From the NCBI GenBank assembly GCA_037200525.1, contig JBBCGG010000001.1:85526-149525 (forward strand): 64,000 bases of DNA. The letters run 5' to 3'. Below the pieces are notes generated by a model. The model did not search any database. It was not told the origin of the DNA and was given only the letters and a program-made list of their open reading frames with translations. This stretch comes from Methylocella sp. (GTDB lineage: Bacteria; Pseudomonadota; Alphaproteobacteria; Rhizobiales; Beijerinckiaceae). This document shows, piece after piece, positions 55,137 through 64,000 of the stretch (position 1 is the first letter of the stretch; every line of letters begins with the position of its first letter). The position numbers were made by a program, and so were the translations under genes.

Positions 55137-55171
55137 GCAAAACTAGGCGGCCTCCGATAGTGCGAGGCCGC
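55137..55171 (-). terminator. Rho-independent terminator candidate
   Basis: GCGGCCTC-N9-GAGGCCGC (55147-55171), followed on the minus strand by CTAGTTTTGC. It lies 160 nt downstream of the Trm112-like stop. Confidence 0.5.
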
Positions 55172-55331
55172 TTGATCTTGCATCGCTCGCTTCCGATTCA
55201 GATGATTGGATGGATGCGGCGGCGCTCGGGGCGTCGACGACGGATAATTCACCCGTTTTCACAAGGCTCGCGCTATTCTTTACCTAGTAAAGCGTAAGCT
55301 GACGCCTGTTGTTTTGCAACATTTATTGCAA

Positions 55332-55559
55332 TCAATCGCCGAGCGGCCGCGCTTCTTCTGGCAACATGATTGGAATGCCGTCCCGTATCGGATAGGCGAG
55401 CTTGGCCGCGCGGGAGATCAGTTCCTGGTTTTGCGCGTCATATTCGAGGGTTGTCTTGGTGCGGGGACAGACCAGGATTTCAAGCAGCCGCGGGTCGATC
55501 CGCGAGGATTCAGGGGCAGGCTTGCCGCTGGCCTTTTGGTGTTTGTCCGACATCAACAC
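55332..55559 (-). CDS. Trm112-family protein (UPF0434/YcaR-like)
   Basis: [11 protein letters not shown]......ELIS....[17 protein letters not shown] signature. Confidence 0.85.
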   Translation of the reverse strand: MLMSDKHQKASGKPAPESSRIDPRLLEILVCPRTKTTLEYDAQNQELISRAAKLAYPIRDGIPIMLPEEARPLGD

Positions 55560-55589
55560 AATCCTTATGGCGTGGCGAAATCTGACGCC

Positions 55590-56246
55590 TTATTGCAGAG
55601 TTTGCGGCGCGTTTTTGCCGCGCGCGAGTTCGATCTCGGTAATCGCCACCAATACGTCGGCCCGGCCTTTGAGATCCTGCGCTTCGAGCAGCGCCTGTTT
55701 TTCCTTGGCTCCGAATGGACTCATCATCGAGAGAGCATTGACCAAAGCCTCATTCGGGGCCTCGTTAATGCTGTCCCAGTCAAGCTGAAGATCGTTGGTT
55801 TCAGCGAAATCGCGCAAAGTTCGCAATACGCCTTCGCGGTCAACGAGATCCTCTCCCGCGCGCGGGCTGAAATCGATGAGGAATGGGGTGAAATCGGCGC
55901 GGCACTCCCGATAGGGCGTCGATGTCGCAATTTCCTCGACCATCTTGAATCGCGCTATGCCGGTTAGAGTGACGAGATAACGACCATCGCCGGTTTCCGC
56001 CAGCTGGGTGATGCGTCCGGCGCAGCCGACGGGGAACAGCCCAGGGGCCGCCGCCTCGGGGTCGGGCTGGATCATCCCGATGATGCGCGCGCCTCTTATG
56101 GCGTCATCGACCATGGCGAGATAACGCGGTTCAAAAATATTCAGCGGCAATTGGCCACGCGGCAGCAGAAGGGCCTTGGACAAGGGAAATATGGGAAATG
56201 ATGCGGGCAGCTCGTCCGGGGAGCGGTAGCCATTGTTCATGCTCAT
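55590..56246 (-). CDS. LON peptidase substrate-binding (Lon N-terminal) domain protein
   Basis: FPIFPLSKALLLPRGQLPLNIFEPRYLAMV is the typical LON N-domain start. The gene start is taken at MSMNNG. Confidence 0.85.
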   Translation of the reverse strand: MSMNNGYRSPDELPASFPIFPLSKALLLPRGQLPLNIFEPRYLAMVDDAIRGARIIGMIQPDPEAAAPGLFPVGCAGRITQLAETGDGRYLVTLTGIARFKMVEEIATSTPYRECRADFTPFLIDFSPRAGEDLVDREGVLRTLRDFAETNDLQLDWDSINEAPNEALVNALSMMSPFGAKEKQALLEAQDLKGRADVLVAITEIELARGKNAPQTLQ

Positions 56247-56329
56247 ATTTAGATCCTCGGTCTCCCGAAATTTGCTCCCCTCCATCCAACATATATCTCT
56301 TGCAAGTAAAAAACCACGGCGGTCGCGGA

Positions 56330-57164
56330 TCACGCCTGCAAAAGCAGGCTCACCACATCGTCTGGATGCGTGATCATTACGTCGTGGGGCGCGGCAAGCT
56401 CAATATAGCTCCACCCCGGCCACGAACGCACCAGCCGACTTGAACTCTCGATTACCGGATTGGACGGTTGGGTGCAACGCACAAGGTGCGCGGCAACCCA
56501 TTGCCGACAGGGTTCTGAAGCTTCAAGGGGTTCGTATAGGCCCCGAGCGGATGCGGGGTCAACCGCCGCAGCACCCAATCATAGTCGGCTGTCCCCTCCT
56601 TGAGGCCCCCGACGGCGGGCAGGATTTGCGGCGGAGGAACGGCGAGGCCGCTGTTGGCGCTTTCGGCGGCTTTAATGCGCGCTTCGACAACATCAGCGGG
56701 ATAGAGCGAGAAGGCGCTGCGGCCGCTTTCTATCACATTTGCGTCGAGGTAAACGAGATGAGCGATCGACTGAGGGATGCGGTCGGCGACGCCGGAGATC
56801 GGGATGCCGCCAAAACTATGGCCGACAAGAACCACCTCCCTCAGCTCTTCCGATTGGATGACTCCAACGAGATCCTCGACAAATGTGTCGATGGCGATGT
56901 CTCGGCTCAAAAGATGGGCGCGATCGCCCATGCCGCTATAGCTTGGGGCGAAGACCGAATGGCCAAGGCCGCGCAGGCGATCGCCACCGGCCGCCAGCAC
57001 CATCCGCCATGCCAGGAGCCATGCGCCAACACAAAGGTTTTCGGCTTCGCCGTCTGTCCGACCGCAGACCCGGCGCCCAGCGCGGAGACCGCCGCAATGG
57101 GAACGCCGGTCATCGCATTCAGCACATTTCGCCGCGTGGCCCGCTGCGACGGGCCGGCATTCAT
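56330..57164 (-). pseudogene. Tat-signal alpha/beta hydrolase (esterase-like) gene disrupted by two 1-nt frameshifts
   Basis: The homologous sequence runs through three frames. Frame 1 reads MNAGPSQRATRRNVL...FVLAHGSWHGGWCWRPVA, with the shift near 56982. Frame 2 reads DRLRGLGHSVF...LVGHSFGG...GLPRT, with the shift near 56484. Frame 3 reads VRCTQPSNP...ELAAPHDVMITHP...LLLQA. Confidence 0.7.
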
Positions 57165-58087
57165 GAAAACAACAGCGTCGAGAGCCTCTTGCGCGCCGAA
57201 ATCGTCGCCGGATCCATCGGACCCCATGCCTCGAAAAATTGAAGCAATTGCTTGCGGGCTCCGTCCTCGCGCCAGCTGCGGTCGCGCCGGATAATGTCGA
57301 GCAGGGCGGCGGCGGCCTCATCCCGCTGATTTTGCGCGCTGAGCGCGATTGCGTAATCGAACCGGGCTTGATGATCGTTCGGATCGGCTTCGATCTTTCG
57401 CTTCAAATCGGAAAAATCGCCGATCGAGGCCGCCTGTTCGGCAAGATCGAGGGCGGCTCTCGCGCCGATCACCCCCGCGTCGCGATCGCCGCTCGCCGGG
57501 ACGGACGCCAGAATTGCTTTCGCCCTTTCGAGTTCGCCAGTCGCGATGAAGATTTTGGCGAGGCTCGCGACAGCTGCGAGATCGCTCGGGTTTTCGGCGA
57601 TGATCGCGGCATATATTTCCGCGGCGCCCGCAGCATCGCCCGCCGCGAGCAAAGCCTCGGCCTCAGCTGGAAGGTCCGACTCGCCTCCGAGCGGTCCAAC
57701 CAGCCGCTCTACAAAGCCGCGCACCTCGGATTCCGGCAACGCGCCCATAAAACCATCGACCGGCTGCGAACGCTGGAAGGCGATCACGGCCGGGATGGAG
57801 CGGACCCCCAGGCGGCCGGCGATTTCCGGGTATTCGTCAATGTTCATTTTGACCAGCTTGATCTTGTCGCCGGCCAATTGCACAATTTTTTCGAGAATCG
57901 GCGTCAGCTGCTTGCAGGGCTCGCACCAAGGGGCCCAGAAATCGACGAGAACCGGCTGACGCGCCGATTCCGCGATGACGTCCACGCCGAAGCTCGCGGT
58001 GGTCGTGTCCTTAACGGAAGACGATGCTTGCGCCCCAGTTGCGCTCGGCTTGGCTTGCCCCGCACCCAGGCCGTATAATCCCGCCAT
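57161..58087 (-). CDS. thioredoxin-domain / TPR co-chaperone (YbbN/CnoX-like)
   Basis: WAPWCEPCK thioredoxin motif followed by a TPR-like C-terminal domain. AGGAG lies upstream of the ATG at 58087. Confidence 0.88.
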   Translation of the reverse strand: MAGLYGLGAGQAKPSATGAQASSSVKDTTTASFGVDVIAESARQPVLVDFWAPWCEPCKQLTPILEKIVQLAGDKIKLVKMNIDEYPEIAGRLGVRSIPAVIAFQRSQPVDGFMGALPESEVRGFVERLVGPLGGESDLPAEAEALLAAGDAAGAAEIYAAIIAENPSDLAAVASLAKIFIATGELERAKAILASVPASGDRDAGVIGARAALDLAEQAASIGDFSDLKRKIEADPNDHQARFDYAIALSAQNQRDEAAAALLDIIRRDRSWREDGARKQLLQFFEAWGPMDPATISARKRLSTLLFS

Positions 58088-58289
58088 GTTCGGCTCTCCT
58101 TTGACAGCGTCTTGCCGCTGATGTTTTTGCACTGCCAAAATGCGTCTTCGTCAGCCAAACCGCAACCCTCGTTCGAGCTTTTGGCCGCAACCGCCCCCTT
58201 GACATCGTCGTCGCGAATTGACCGTCATTTGGAGCCGGCATGCGCGAAAGCGCACAGCGCGCCAGTCTGAGGGCGCATAGGAAATCATT

Positions 58290-59237
58290 GTGAAACCCTT
58301 GCACGACGCTCCGCCTCGCGATGTGACCGACCGACTTGAGCAGCGTCTCGGGAGAGCCGCCGCGCGCCAGCGTCTCGCCATTGAGGACAATCACCAGCCC
58401 CGCCCGTTTGGGCAGGGGTTGGATTTCCTTGAGAAATGGTCTCTCCCTACGCTCTTGCGCGCTGCCCTGCAGCTCAGCGGCCTATACGGGCGGGGACAGC
58501 GGAACGCCGCCCGCGTAGAGCTGCGCCGCAACGTCATCGCCTCGCCGCGTCTGCCCCGCGCCTTCGACGGCTTCACGATTCTCCACCTCAGCGACCTCCA
58601 CATCGAAATGAGCGGACCCGCGATGGAGCAGGTCGCAGAGCTCGTCGCTGGGCTCGACCATGATATTTGCGTGATGACCGGCGATTACCGGGGCGGCACA
58701 AGCGGGCCGTTCGAGCCGGCGCTGAAGGGCGTCGCCCAGCTCTGCGCCAAGCTGCAGCGCCCCATTTATGGCGTCCTTGGCAACCATGACACGATCAAAA
58801 TGGTGCCTGGCCTCGAGGACATCGGCGTCAGTATGTTGCTGAATGAGTCCGTCCGCATCGATCGCGGCGATCAGGCGATCTACCTCGCCGGGATCGACGA
58901 TGCTCATTCCAGGGTCGCCAATATCGAGAAATCCGCATCAGGCGTGCCTTCCGGCGAATTCTCAATCCTATTGTCCCATACGCCCGAAATGTACCGGCAA
59001 GCCTCAAGCGCTGGCTTCGACGCAATTCTCGCCGGGCACACGCATGGCGGCCAGATCTGTCTGCCCGGCGGCATTCCGATCACATTGGATTCCGCCTTGC
59101 CCCGGGCATTCGGCGCAGGGCCCTGGAAATACAATAATATGACCGGCTATACCTCCGTCGGAGCGGGATCCTGCGTCGTCGCCGTTCGGCTGAATTGTCC
59201 TCCCGAAATCACCTTGCATCGACTGCAGCGGAGTTGA
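58290..59237 (+). CDS. metallophosphoesterase (YkuE-like)
   Basis: HLSDLH, GDYRG, GNHD and GHTHGGQ motifs. The GTG start follows AGGAAA. Confidence 0.85.
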   Translation: MKPLHDAPPRDVTDRLEQRLGRAAARQRLAIEDNHQPRPFGQGLDFLEKWSLPTLLRAALQLSGLYGRGQRNAARVELRRNVIASPRLPRAFDGFTILHLSDLHIEMSGPAMEQVAELVAGLDHDICVMTGDYRGGTSGPFEPALKGVAQLCAKLQRPIYGVLGNHDTIKMVPGLEDIGVSMLLNESVRIDRGDQAIYLAGIDDAHSRVANIEKSASGVPSGEFSILLSHTPEMYRQASSAGFDAILAGHTHGGQICLPGGIPITLDSALPRAFGAGPWKYNNMTGYTSVGAGSCVVAVRLNCPPEITLHRLQRS

Positions 59238-59266
59238 GCCCTCGGAAGTTCGGCGGCTGCTCGGCT

Positions 59267-59773
59267 TCAGTATGGCCGCTCGCGGATCTTGAGGCTGAAC
59301 AGGGCGCGAGAGAGCACGATCTCGCCAACCCAGAATAAAGCGGCGCCGATCACCGCGTCATGCGCGGAAAGGCCAAGCGCATCCTTGCAGGCCAGTAAAG
59401 GAAAAAGGCTTTCCGGCGCCTGATCAAGTCCTGGCGCCATGCTTTGAGAGGGGAGCTTGAGGCGCCGTTTGACAAAGCTCGACAGCATATCGCCAGCCAT
59501 GGCGGCGAGCGCCGCGAGCGCTCCCACCGTCCAGGGCAACGCCAGCGCGACCGCAGCCAGCGAGGTTGCAACAACGCTAAGAACAACGCCGCGAATCGTC
59601 TTGGATTTTCCTAGCAGGGGCGTTCCATCGGGGAAGCGGAGGCCGAAGTCTACCCGCCACTCACACCAACCGCCGAAAATTCTGCGGCCGAGCAATGGAG
59701 CGCCATTGGCGACCAGCACGAGCAAGAGTCCTCTGACGATCAGCCAGACATGCATGTCTTGACCCCGGCGCAC
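59267..59773 (-). CDS. CDP-archaeol synthase (CarS, DUF46) family membrane protein
   Basis: Polytopic protein with GKSKTIRG and GDMLSSFVKRRL....G...PGLDQ, resembling the CarS/CTP-transferase signature. The start may instead be at 59755. Confidence 0.6.
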   Translation of the reverse strand: MRRGQDMHVWLIVRGLLLVLVANGAPLLGRRIFGGWCEWRVDFGLRFPDGTPLLGKSKTIRGVVLSVVATSLAAVALALPWTVGALAALAAMAGDMLSSFVKRRLKLPSQSMAPGLDQAPESLFPLLACKDALGLSAHDAVIGAALFWVGEIVLSRALFSLKIRERPY

Positions 59774-59911
59774 GCCGTACTCGTCGACAAGCCAACCCGG
59801 AAAAGTGCGTTAAACGCAGGGGCCTCGGCGAAGTTCCGCTTCAACGGGGCATTCCCCTGGGGAGCTGGTCGCGGCTGCGAGCGCTGATCTGGTGCGTCCA
59901 AGGCCTTAGGT

Positions 59912-60826
59912 CTATTTTCCGAGCATCAGCTCCAGATTTTGCAGGGCGGCGCCCGAGGCGCCTTTGCCGAGATTGTCGAGCTTGGCGACGAGAACCGCCT
60001 GCCGCTGCGCCTCATTAGAGAAGACCCGCAACTCAAGATCATTGCTTCCGTTGAGCGACTCCGGCTCAATCCTGCCGGACGCCTCGGGCGGCAAAACCTT
60101 GACGGCGCGCGCGCCAGCGTAATGGGCTGCGAGAGCAGCTTCAAGATCGGCGGCCTTGGGCTTTCCCGGCAACTCATCGAGAAAGAGCGGGATGTAGACC
60201 AGCATTCCCTGGGCGAAATTGCCGACCGAGGGCGTAAATATCGGACGGCGTTTGAGCCCGCTGTAGCGCTGGATTTCCGGCACATGCTTATGCTCGAGGC
60301 CAAGCCCATAGCCTTCGTAGGCGGGGGCCGCGCCGCGCTCGTAATCGGCGATCATCGTCTTGCCGCCGCCTGTGTAGCCGGAGACGGCATTGATGGTGAT
60401 CGGAAAATCCGCCGGTATGATGCCCGCATCGACAAGAGGACGGAGCAGCGCGATCGCGCCGGTAGCATAGCAGCCCGGATTCGACACCAGCTTTGCAGCG
60501 CGTATAGCTTCAGCCTGACCCGGCGCGAGTTCGGGAAAGCCATAAATCCAGCCTTCCGCGACCCTGTGTGCGGTCGAGGCATCGAGAACGCGCGGCGCCT
60601 TGTCTCCCAAGGTCGCGATGATTGCGAGGGTTTCGCGCGCTGCGTCATCGGGCAGACACATAATGACAAGATCGACGCTCGAAAGCAGCGCTTTCTTGGC
60701 ATCCGGATTCTTGCGCTGATCCGGCGGCAGATCGACGAGCTCTATGCCCTTTTGCTCGGTGAGACGCGCCCTTATCCCAAGGCCAGTCGTTCCGGATCCG
60801 CCGTCGATGAAGATTTTTCCGTGCAT
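59912..60826 (-). CDS. argC: N-acetyl-gamma-glutamyl-phosphate reductase (short type)
   Basis: IFIDGGSGTTG Rossmann motif and active-site SNPGCYATG. Confidence 0.92.
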   Translation of the reverse strand: MHGKIFIDGGSGTTGLGIRARLTEQKGIELVDLPPDQRKNPDAKKALLSSVDLVIMCLPDDAARETLAIIATLGDKAPRVLDASTAHRVAEGWIYGFPELAPGQAEAIRAAKLVSNPGCYATGAIALLRPLVDAGIIPADFPITINAVSGYTGGGKTMIADYERGAAPAYEGYGLGLEHKHVPEIQRYSGLKRRPIFTPSVGNFAQGMLVYIPLFLDELPGKPKAADLEAALAAHYAGARAVKVLPPEASGRIEPESLNGSNDLELRVFSNEAQRQAVLVAKLDNLGKGASGAALQNLELMLGK

Positions 60827-60905
60827 GGCCGCAGCCTCTGGGCGAAAAGATTAGTTCAACTTCCACCGACCGCGCTGCGTTTTTGTGAAGGCGCGATCGA
60901 ACCGG

Positions 60906-60933
60906 CAAGAAAAAGGCGGCCACCGGCCGCCTT
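60906..60933 (-). terminator. Rho-independent terminator of rplM-rpsI
   Basis: AAGGCGGCC-acc-GGCCGCCTT has a 9-bp GC-rich stem (60913-60933). On the minus strand it is followed by TTTTCTT, 25 nt after the rpsI stop. Confidence 0.8.
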
Positions 60934-60957
60934 GATCGTAACCTCTGTAAAAGATGG

Positions 60958-61452
60958 TTAACGTTTCGAGAACTGGAAGCTCCGGCGGGCTTTTCTCTTG
61001 CCGTATTTTTTGCGCTCGACGATGCGCGAATCGCGGGTCAAGAACCCTTCCTTCTTAAGGACGCCGCGCAGCTCCGGCTCAAAAGCGACAAGCGCCTTGG
61101 AGAGGCCGTGCCGAACCGCGCCAGCCTGCCCCGAGAGGCCGCCGCCCGCAACGGTCACCATCATATCATATTGATCGACGCGCTTGGCCGCGCCGAGGGG
61201 CTGCTGCAAAATCATGCGCAGGACGGGACGGGCAAAATAGATTTCGAGCGAACGTCCGTTCACGACGACCTTGCCCGAGCCGGGCTTGATCCAGACGCGG
61301 GCGACTGCATTCTTGCGCTTGCCGGTAGCGTAAGCGCGTCCCTGGGGATCAAGCTTTTGAACATAACGCGGCGCTTCCTGCTGGACTGCATCGGCAGCGG
61401 CCGCGGCGGTTGCGGTCTTCAGATCCTGAAGCGAAGACAAAGTCTCGGCCAT
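60958..61452 (-). CDS. rpsI: 30S ribosomal protein S9
   Basis: [17 protein letters not shown]...[14 protein letters not shown]...[16 protein letters not shown]. Confidence 0.95.
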   Translation of the reverse strand: MAETLSSLQDLKTATAAAAADAVQQEAPRYVQKLDPQGRAYATGKRKNAVARVWIKPGSGKVVVNGRSLEIYFARPVLRMILQQPLGAAKRVDQYDMMVTVAGGGLSGQAGAVRHGLSKALVAFEPELRGVLKKEGFLTRDSRIVERKKYGKRKARRSFQFSKR

Positions 61453-61454
61453 AG

Positions 61455-61925
61455 TCAGACATTCCTCGCATTCTTGGAGTTGAGGCTGGCGACATCGAGC
61501 GTAACCGGCTGCTGCGCCGCGTGCGGATGCTCGCTGCCCGTGTAAACCCGCAGGTTAGCGAACTGCCGCCGACCGAGCGGTCCTTCGGGAAGCATGCGCT
61601 CTACGGCTTTTTCGACGATGCGCTCAGGGAACCGTCCATCAAGAATGAACTTGGCCGTCCGCTCCTTGATGCCGCCCGGATAACCGGTATGGTGATGATA
61701 AACTTTGTTCTCGCGCTTGCGGCCCGTGAACACTACCTTTTCGGCATTGATGACGATGATATTATCGCCGGTGTCCATGTGCGGCGTATATTTAGGCTTG
61801 TGCTTTCCGCGCAATCGCATGGCGATCACCGTCGCAAGTCTGCCGACGACGAGGCCGGTGGCGTCGATCAGCACCCACTTTTTATCGATGTCCGCGGGCT
61901 TCGCGGAAAACGTCTTGCCGAACAT
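61455..61925 (-). CDS. rplM: 50S ribosomal protein L13
   Basis: [17 protein letters not shown]...[11 protein letters not shown]...HHTGYPGG. The start is taken at MFGKTF. Confidence 0.95.
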   Translation of the reverse strand: MFGKTFSAKPADIDKKWVLIDATGLVVGRLATVIAMRLRGKHKPKYTPHMDTGDNIIVINAEKVVFTGRKRENKVYHHHTGYPGGIKERTAKFILDGRFPERIVEKAVERMLPEGPLGRRQFANLRVYTGSEHPHAAQQPVTLDVASLNSKNARNV

Positions 61926-62177
61926 GAGTTTGGTTCCATGCATAAGGGCCGCGCAGCATCCGCGCCAACCACCGTGTGCGTGAAGGCCTTGTAGGATGAT
62001 GCCCAGCCCGCGTCAAGACATTCTGTGTGAGCGGGTCAAAAATAAATCTACCTGAAACAATGACTTGCGCAATGCGGTATTACGATACCTGTCAATTCGT
62101 CGGCCGCCGCGATCACCGCCTTGACGAAATTCGCCGAAAGGCGCCCCACTCTTGGCGGCGCGGGAAGGATTCCCAAC

Positions 62178-62624
62178 ATGGCTAAGGCTAATGAAATCGA
62201 TTATCCCGATGCGCTGTTGCGCGACGTTTTGCGCAAGGTCAAAACCATCGCCATCGTCGGAGCGTCCGAGAAAGCGGACAGACCGTCGCATCAAGTATCA
62301 GCATTTCTCCTCTCGCGCGGCTATCGCGTCATCGGCGTCAATCCCGGCCTCGCCGGACGCGCAATTCTCGGCGCGCCCTTTGTCGGCCGCCTGAAGGATT
62401 TGCCCGAACCCATCGACATGGTGGATATTTTCCGAAATTCGGAGGCCGCCGGGGCGGTCGTCGACGAAGCGCTGGAGCTGGAGCCGCTTCCCTTGGTGAT
62501 CTGGATGCAGCTTGGCGTGCGCAACGAGGCCGCCGCCGCCCGCGCCAAGGCTCGTGGCGTCGAAGTCATCATGAACCGCTGCCCGAAGATCGAATATGAC
62601 CGGTTGCGGCTAGCTCAAGACTGA
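62178..62624 (+). CDS. CoA-binding domain protein (YccU/YneT-like)
   Basis: KTIAIVGASEKADRPSHQV...GYRVIGVNP...VDIFR pattern. GGAAGGA lies upstream of the ATG at 62178. Confidence 0.85.
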   Translation: MAKANEIDYPDALLRDVLRKVKTIAIVGASEKADRPSHQVSAFLLSRGYRVIGVNPGLAGRAILGAPFVGRLKDLPEPIDMVDIFRNSEAAGAVVDEALELEPLPLVIWMQLGVRNEAAAARAKARGVEVIMNRCPKIEYDRLRLAQD

Positions 62625-62683
62625 CGCTGGATCTTTTTCGCGCCGCTTCATCCCAAAACGCCGCGCCTTTTCGCGATCGCGCT

Positions 62684-63763
62684 CTACCTCCCCTTGGAGA
62701 GCGCCTGCGCGTGGACGACGGCCATGGCGAGGACGATCATCGCGAAGGCCTGATGCAGCAGGCCGGCCCAAAGCGGCACGACGAGAACAAGCGTCGCGAC
62801 GCCGATGAAAGCCTGGGCGGCGACGAGCCCCGTCACCGCCGTGGCGCGGCGGGCGGCGGCGCTTGGTCCAACTTTGATGGAAATATAGAGCGCCTGCCCC
62901 AGCGCGAAAATCAGCAGCGCATAGGCGACCATGCGGTGCTGGAATTGAACGGTCAAAATATTGTCGACGAAATTGCGCCAGAGCGGCTGGAACAAACTCA
63001 GCTGATCGAGCGGCGGGATGAACTGCCCATCGATCAGCGGCCAAGTGTTATAGGCCCGCCCTGCGCGCAGGCCCGCGACAAGCGCGCCAAGGCCGATCTG
63101 GACCAGCACGAGAATAATGAAAGCGCAGGCCAGCGGCAGCAGCCGCGCCGGAAGCGCAACCTTGACTTCGCGTTGACGCAGCGAAGCCGCGAGCCAGACC
63201 AGCGCGGCGAACGTCACCGATGCAAGCAAAAGATGAATGGTGAGCCGCTCTTGCGCGACTTCGACGCGTCCCGAAAGGCCGGATTTGACCATCCACCAGC
63301 CAACGAACCCCTGCAGCGCGCCGAGCGCCAATATGCCGAGAAGTTTGGGCTTCAGCCCGGTGGGGAGCATGCCCTTGATCCAGAAAAAGATCAGCGGCAA
63401 CGCGGTTGCAAGGCCGATCAGGCGGCCAAGAAGCCGATGGCTCCATTCCCAAAAGAAAATGAACTTGAAGCCGGCAAGATCCATATTCGGGAAAACTTCG
63501 GCATATTGGGGAATCTGCTTGTAGTTCTCGAATTCCGCCTGCCAATCCGCGGCGCTGAGCGGCGGAATGACGCCGGTTAGGGGTTTCCATTGCGTGATCG
63601 ACAAGCCGGACTCGGTGAGCCGCGTCGCGCCGCCGACGACGACCATCAAAAACACCAGCGCGGCGAGGCTCCATAGCCAGATCGCAACGGCGCGGTGCCC
63701 TTTATCGCTCTCCTTGGCGAAAGTCGCCTGGCGCAGCGGCGACGGATCGTAAACCCAGGTCAT
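62684..63763 (-). CDS. ctaA: heme A synthase (COX15/CtaA)
   Basis: Eight-TM protein with conserved His pairs (EWSHR, QFQHR) and GATRLTESGLS. Confidence 0.92.
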   Translation of the reverse strand: MTWVYDPSPLRQATFAKESDKGHRAVAIWLWSLAALVFLMVVVGGATRLTESGLSITQWKPLTGVIPPLSAADWQAEFENYKQIPQYAEVFPNMDLAGFKFIFFWEWSHRLLGRLIGLATALPLIFFWIKGMLPTGLKPKLLGILALGALQGFVGWWMVKSGLSGRVEVAQERLTIHLLLASVTFAALVWLAASLRQREVKVALPARLLPLACAFIILVLVQIGLGALVAGLRAGRAYNTWPLIDGQFIPPLDQLSLFQPLWRNFVDNILTVQFQHRMVAYALLIFALGQALYISIKVGPSAAARRATAVTGLVAAQAFIGVATLVLVVPLWAGLLHQAFAMIVLAMAVVHAQALSKGR

Positions 63764-63917
63764 GTGGATCCCCTCGCGCCAGCCGCGATATCTCGCAAGC
63801 GGTTAGCGCTTTTTCGGCAAATCAATTAAATCTTGCCGACCGACTTAGAGCCCTTGCAGGGCGAAGTCTACGCGCAGCCTGTCGCAGACGCGCCTTGAAA
63901 TGGATCTAGAGGGAATC

Positions 63918-64000
63918 ATGCGGATTCGAACTCGCAAATTCATCGGCGCGATCGTCATGACCGGATTTGTGATCGTCTACGCGCTGGTCGCCATGGCTCT
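63918..64000 (+). CDS. DUF2842-like small membrane protein, N-terminal part (3' end outside window)
   Basis: MRIRTRKFIGAIVMTGFVIVYALVAMAL resembles the DUF2842 N-terminus, a family commonly found divergent from ctaA in alphaproteobacteria. Confidence 0.55.
   Translation, partial: MRIRTRKFIGAIVMTGFVIVYALVAMA

Noticed and set aside
63918-63945. GGATTCGAAC string resembling the complement of a tRNA T-arm
   Set aside because: The flanking bases cannot form a T-stem or acceptor stem. The sequence encodes the N-terminus (MRIRTRKF) of a DUF2842-like protein.

Overview
High-GC alphaproteobacterial (Hyphomicrobiales/Rhizobiales-like) chromosomal core, almost fully coding. The centre is a complete minus-strand dcw cell-division/cell-wall cluster in canonical order (mraZ-rsmH-ftsL-ftsI-murE-murF-mraY-murD-ftsW-murG-murC-murB-ddl-ftsQ-ftsA-ftsZ, 27077-46024), followed by bamD-recN-pncB-ligA. 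Other housekeeping genes: thiD (partial), prfC, asd, leuB, acnA, ccmAB and ccmCDG, pgi, glnK-amtB, tesB, argC, rpsI-rplM, ctaA. I found no rRNA, tRNA, CRISPR array, prophage or recognisable defence or biosynthetic island, and no convincing multi-gene system of novel type. The non-routine content is modest. (1) A small decayed accessory patch at the left edge holds an IS5-family element splitting a 5'-nucleotidase gene, a LysR/hydrolase pair and a nonsense-interrupted XapX-like ORF. (2) Three uncharacterised secreted-protein genes, one an unusual Gly/His/Trp-repeat protein, sit between ccmB and ccmC. (3) A Tat-signal alpha/beta-hydrolase gene carries two frameshifts and starts in an ATGA overlap with the upstream thioredoxin-like gene. 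(4) Four TGGGR-type repeats at exact 10-bp phasing lie upstream of mraZ, a candidate MraZ operator. (5) Sigma-54-type promoter candidates lie upstream of glnK-amtB. (6) Several exact repeats and hairpins occur in intergenic gaps. (7) There is a bacterial CDP-archaeol-synthase-family gene and a tandem Inh-like protein. All family assignments come from motif recognition by eye in the supplied translations; no searches were run.
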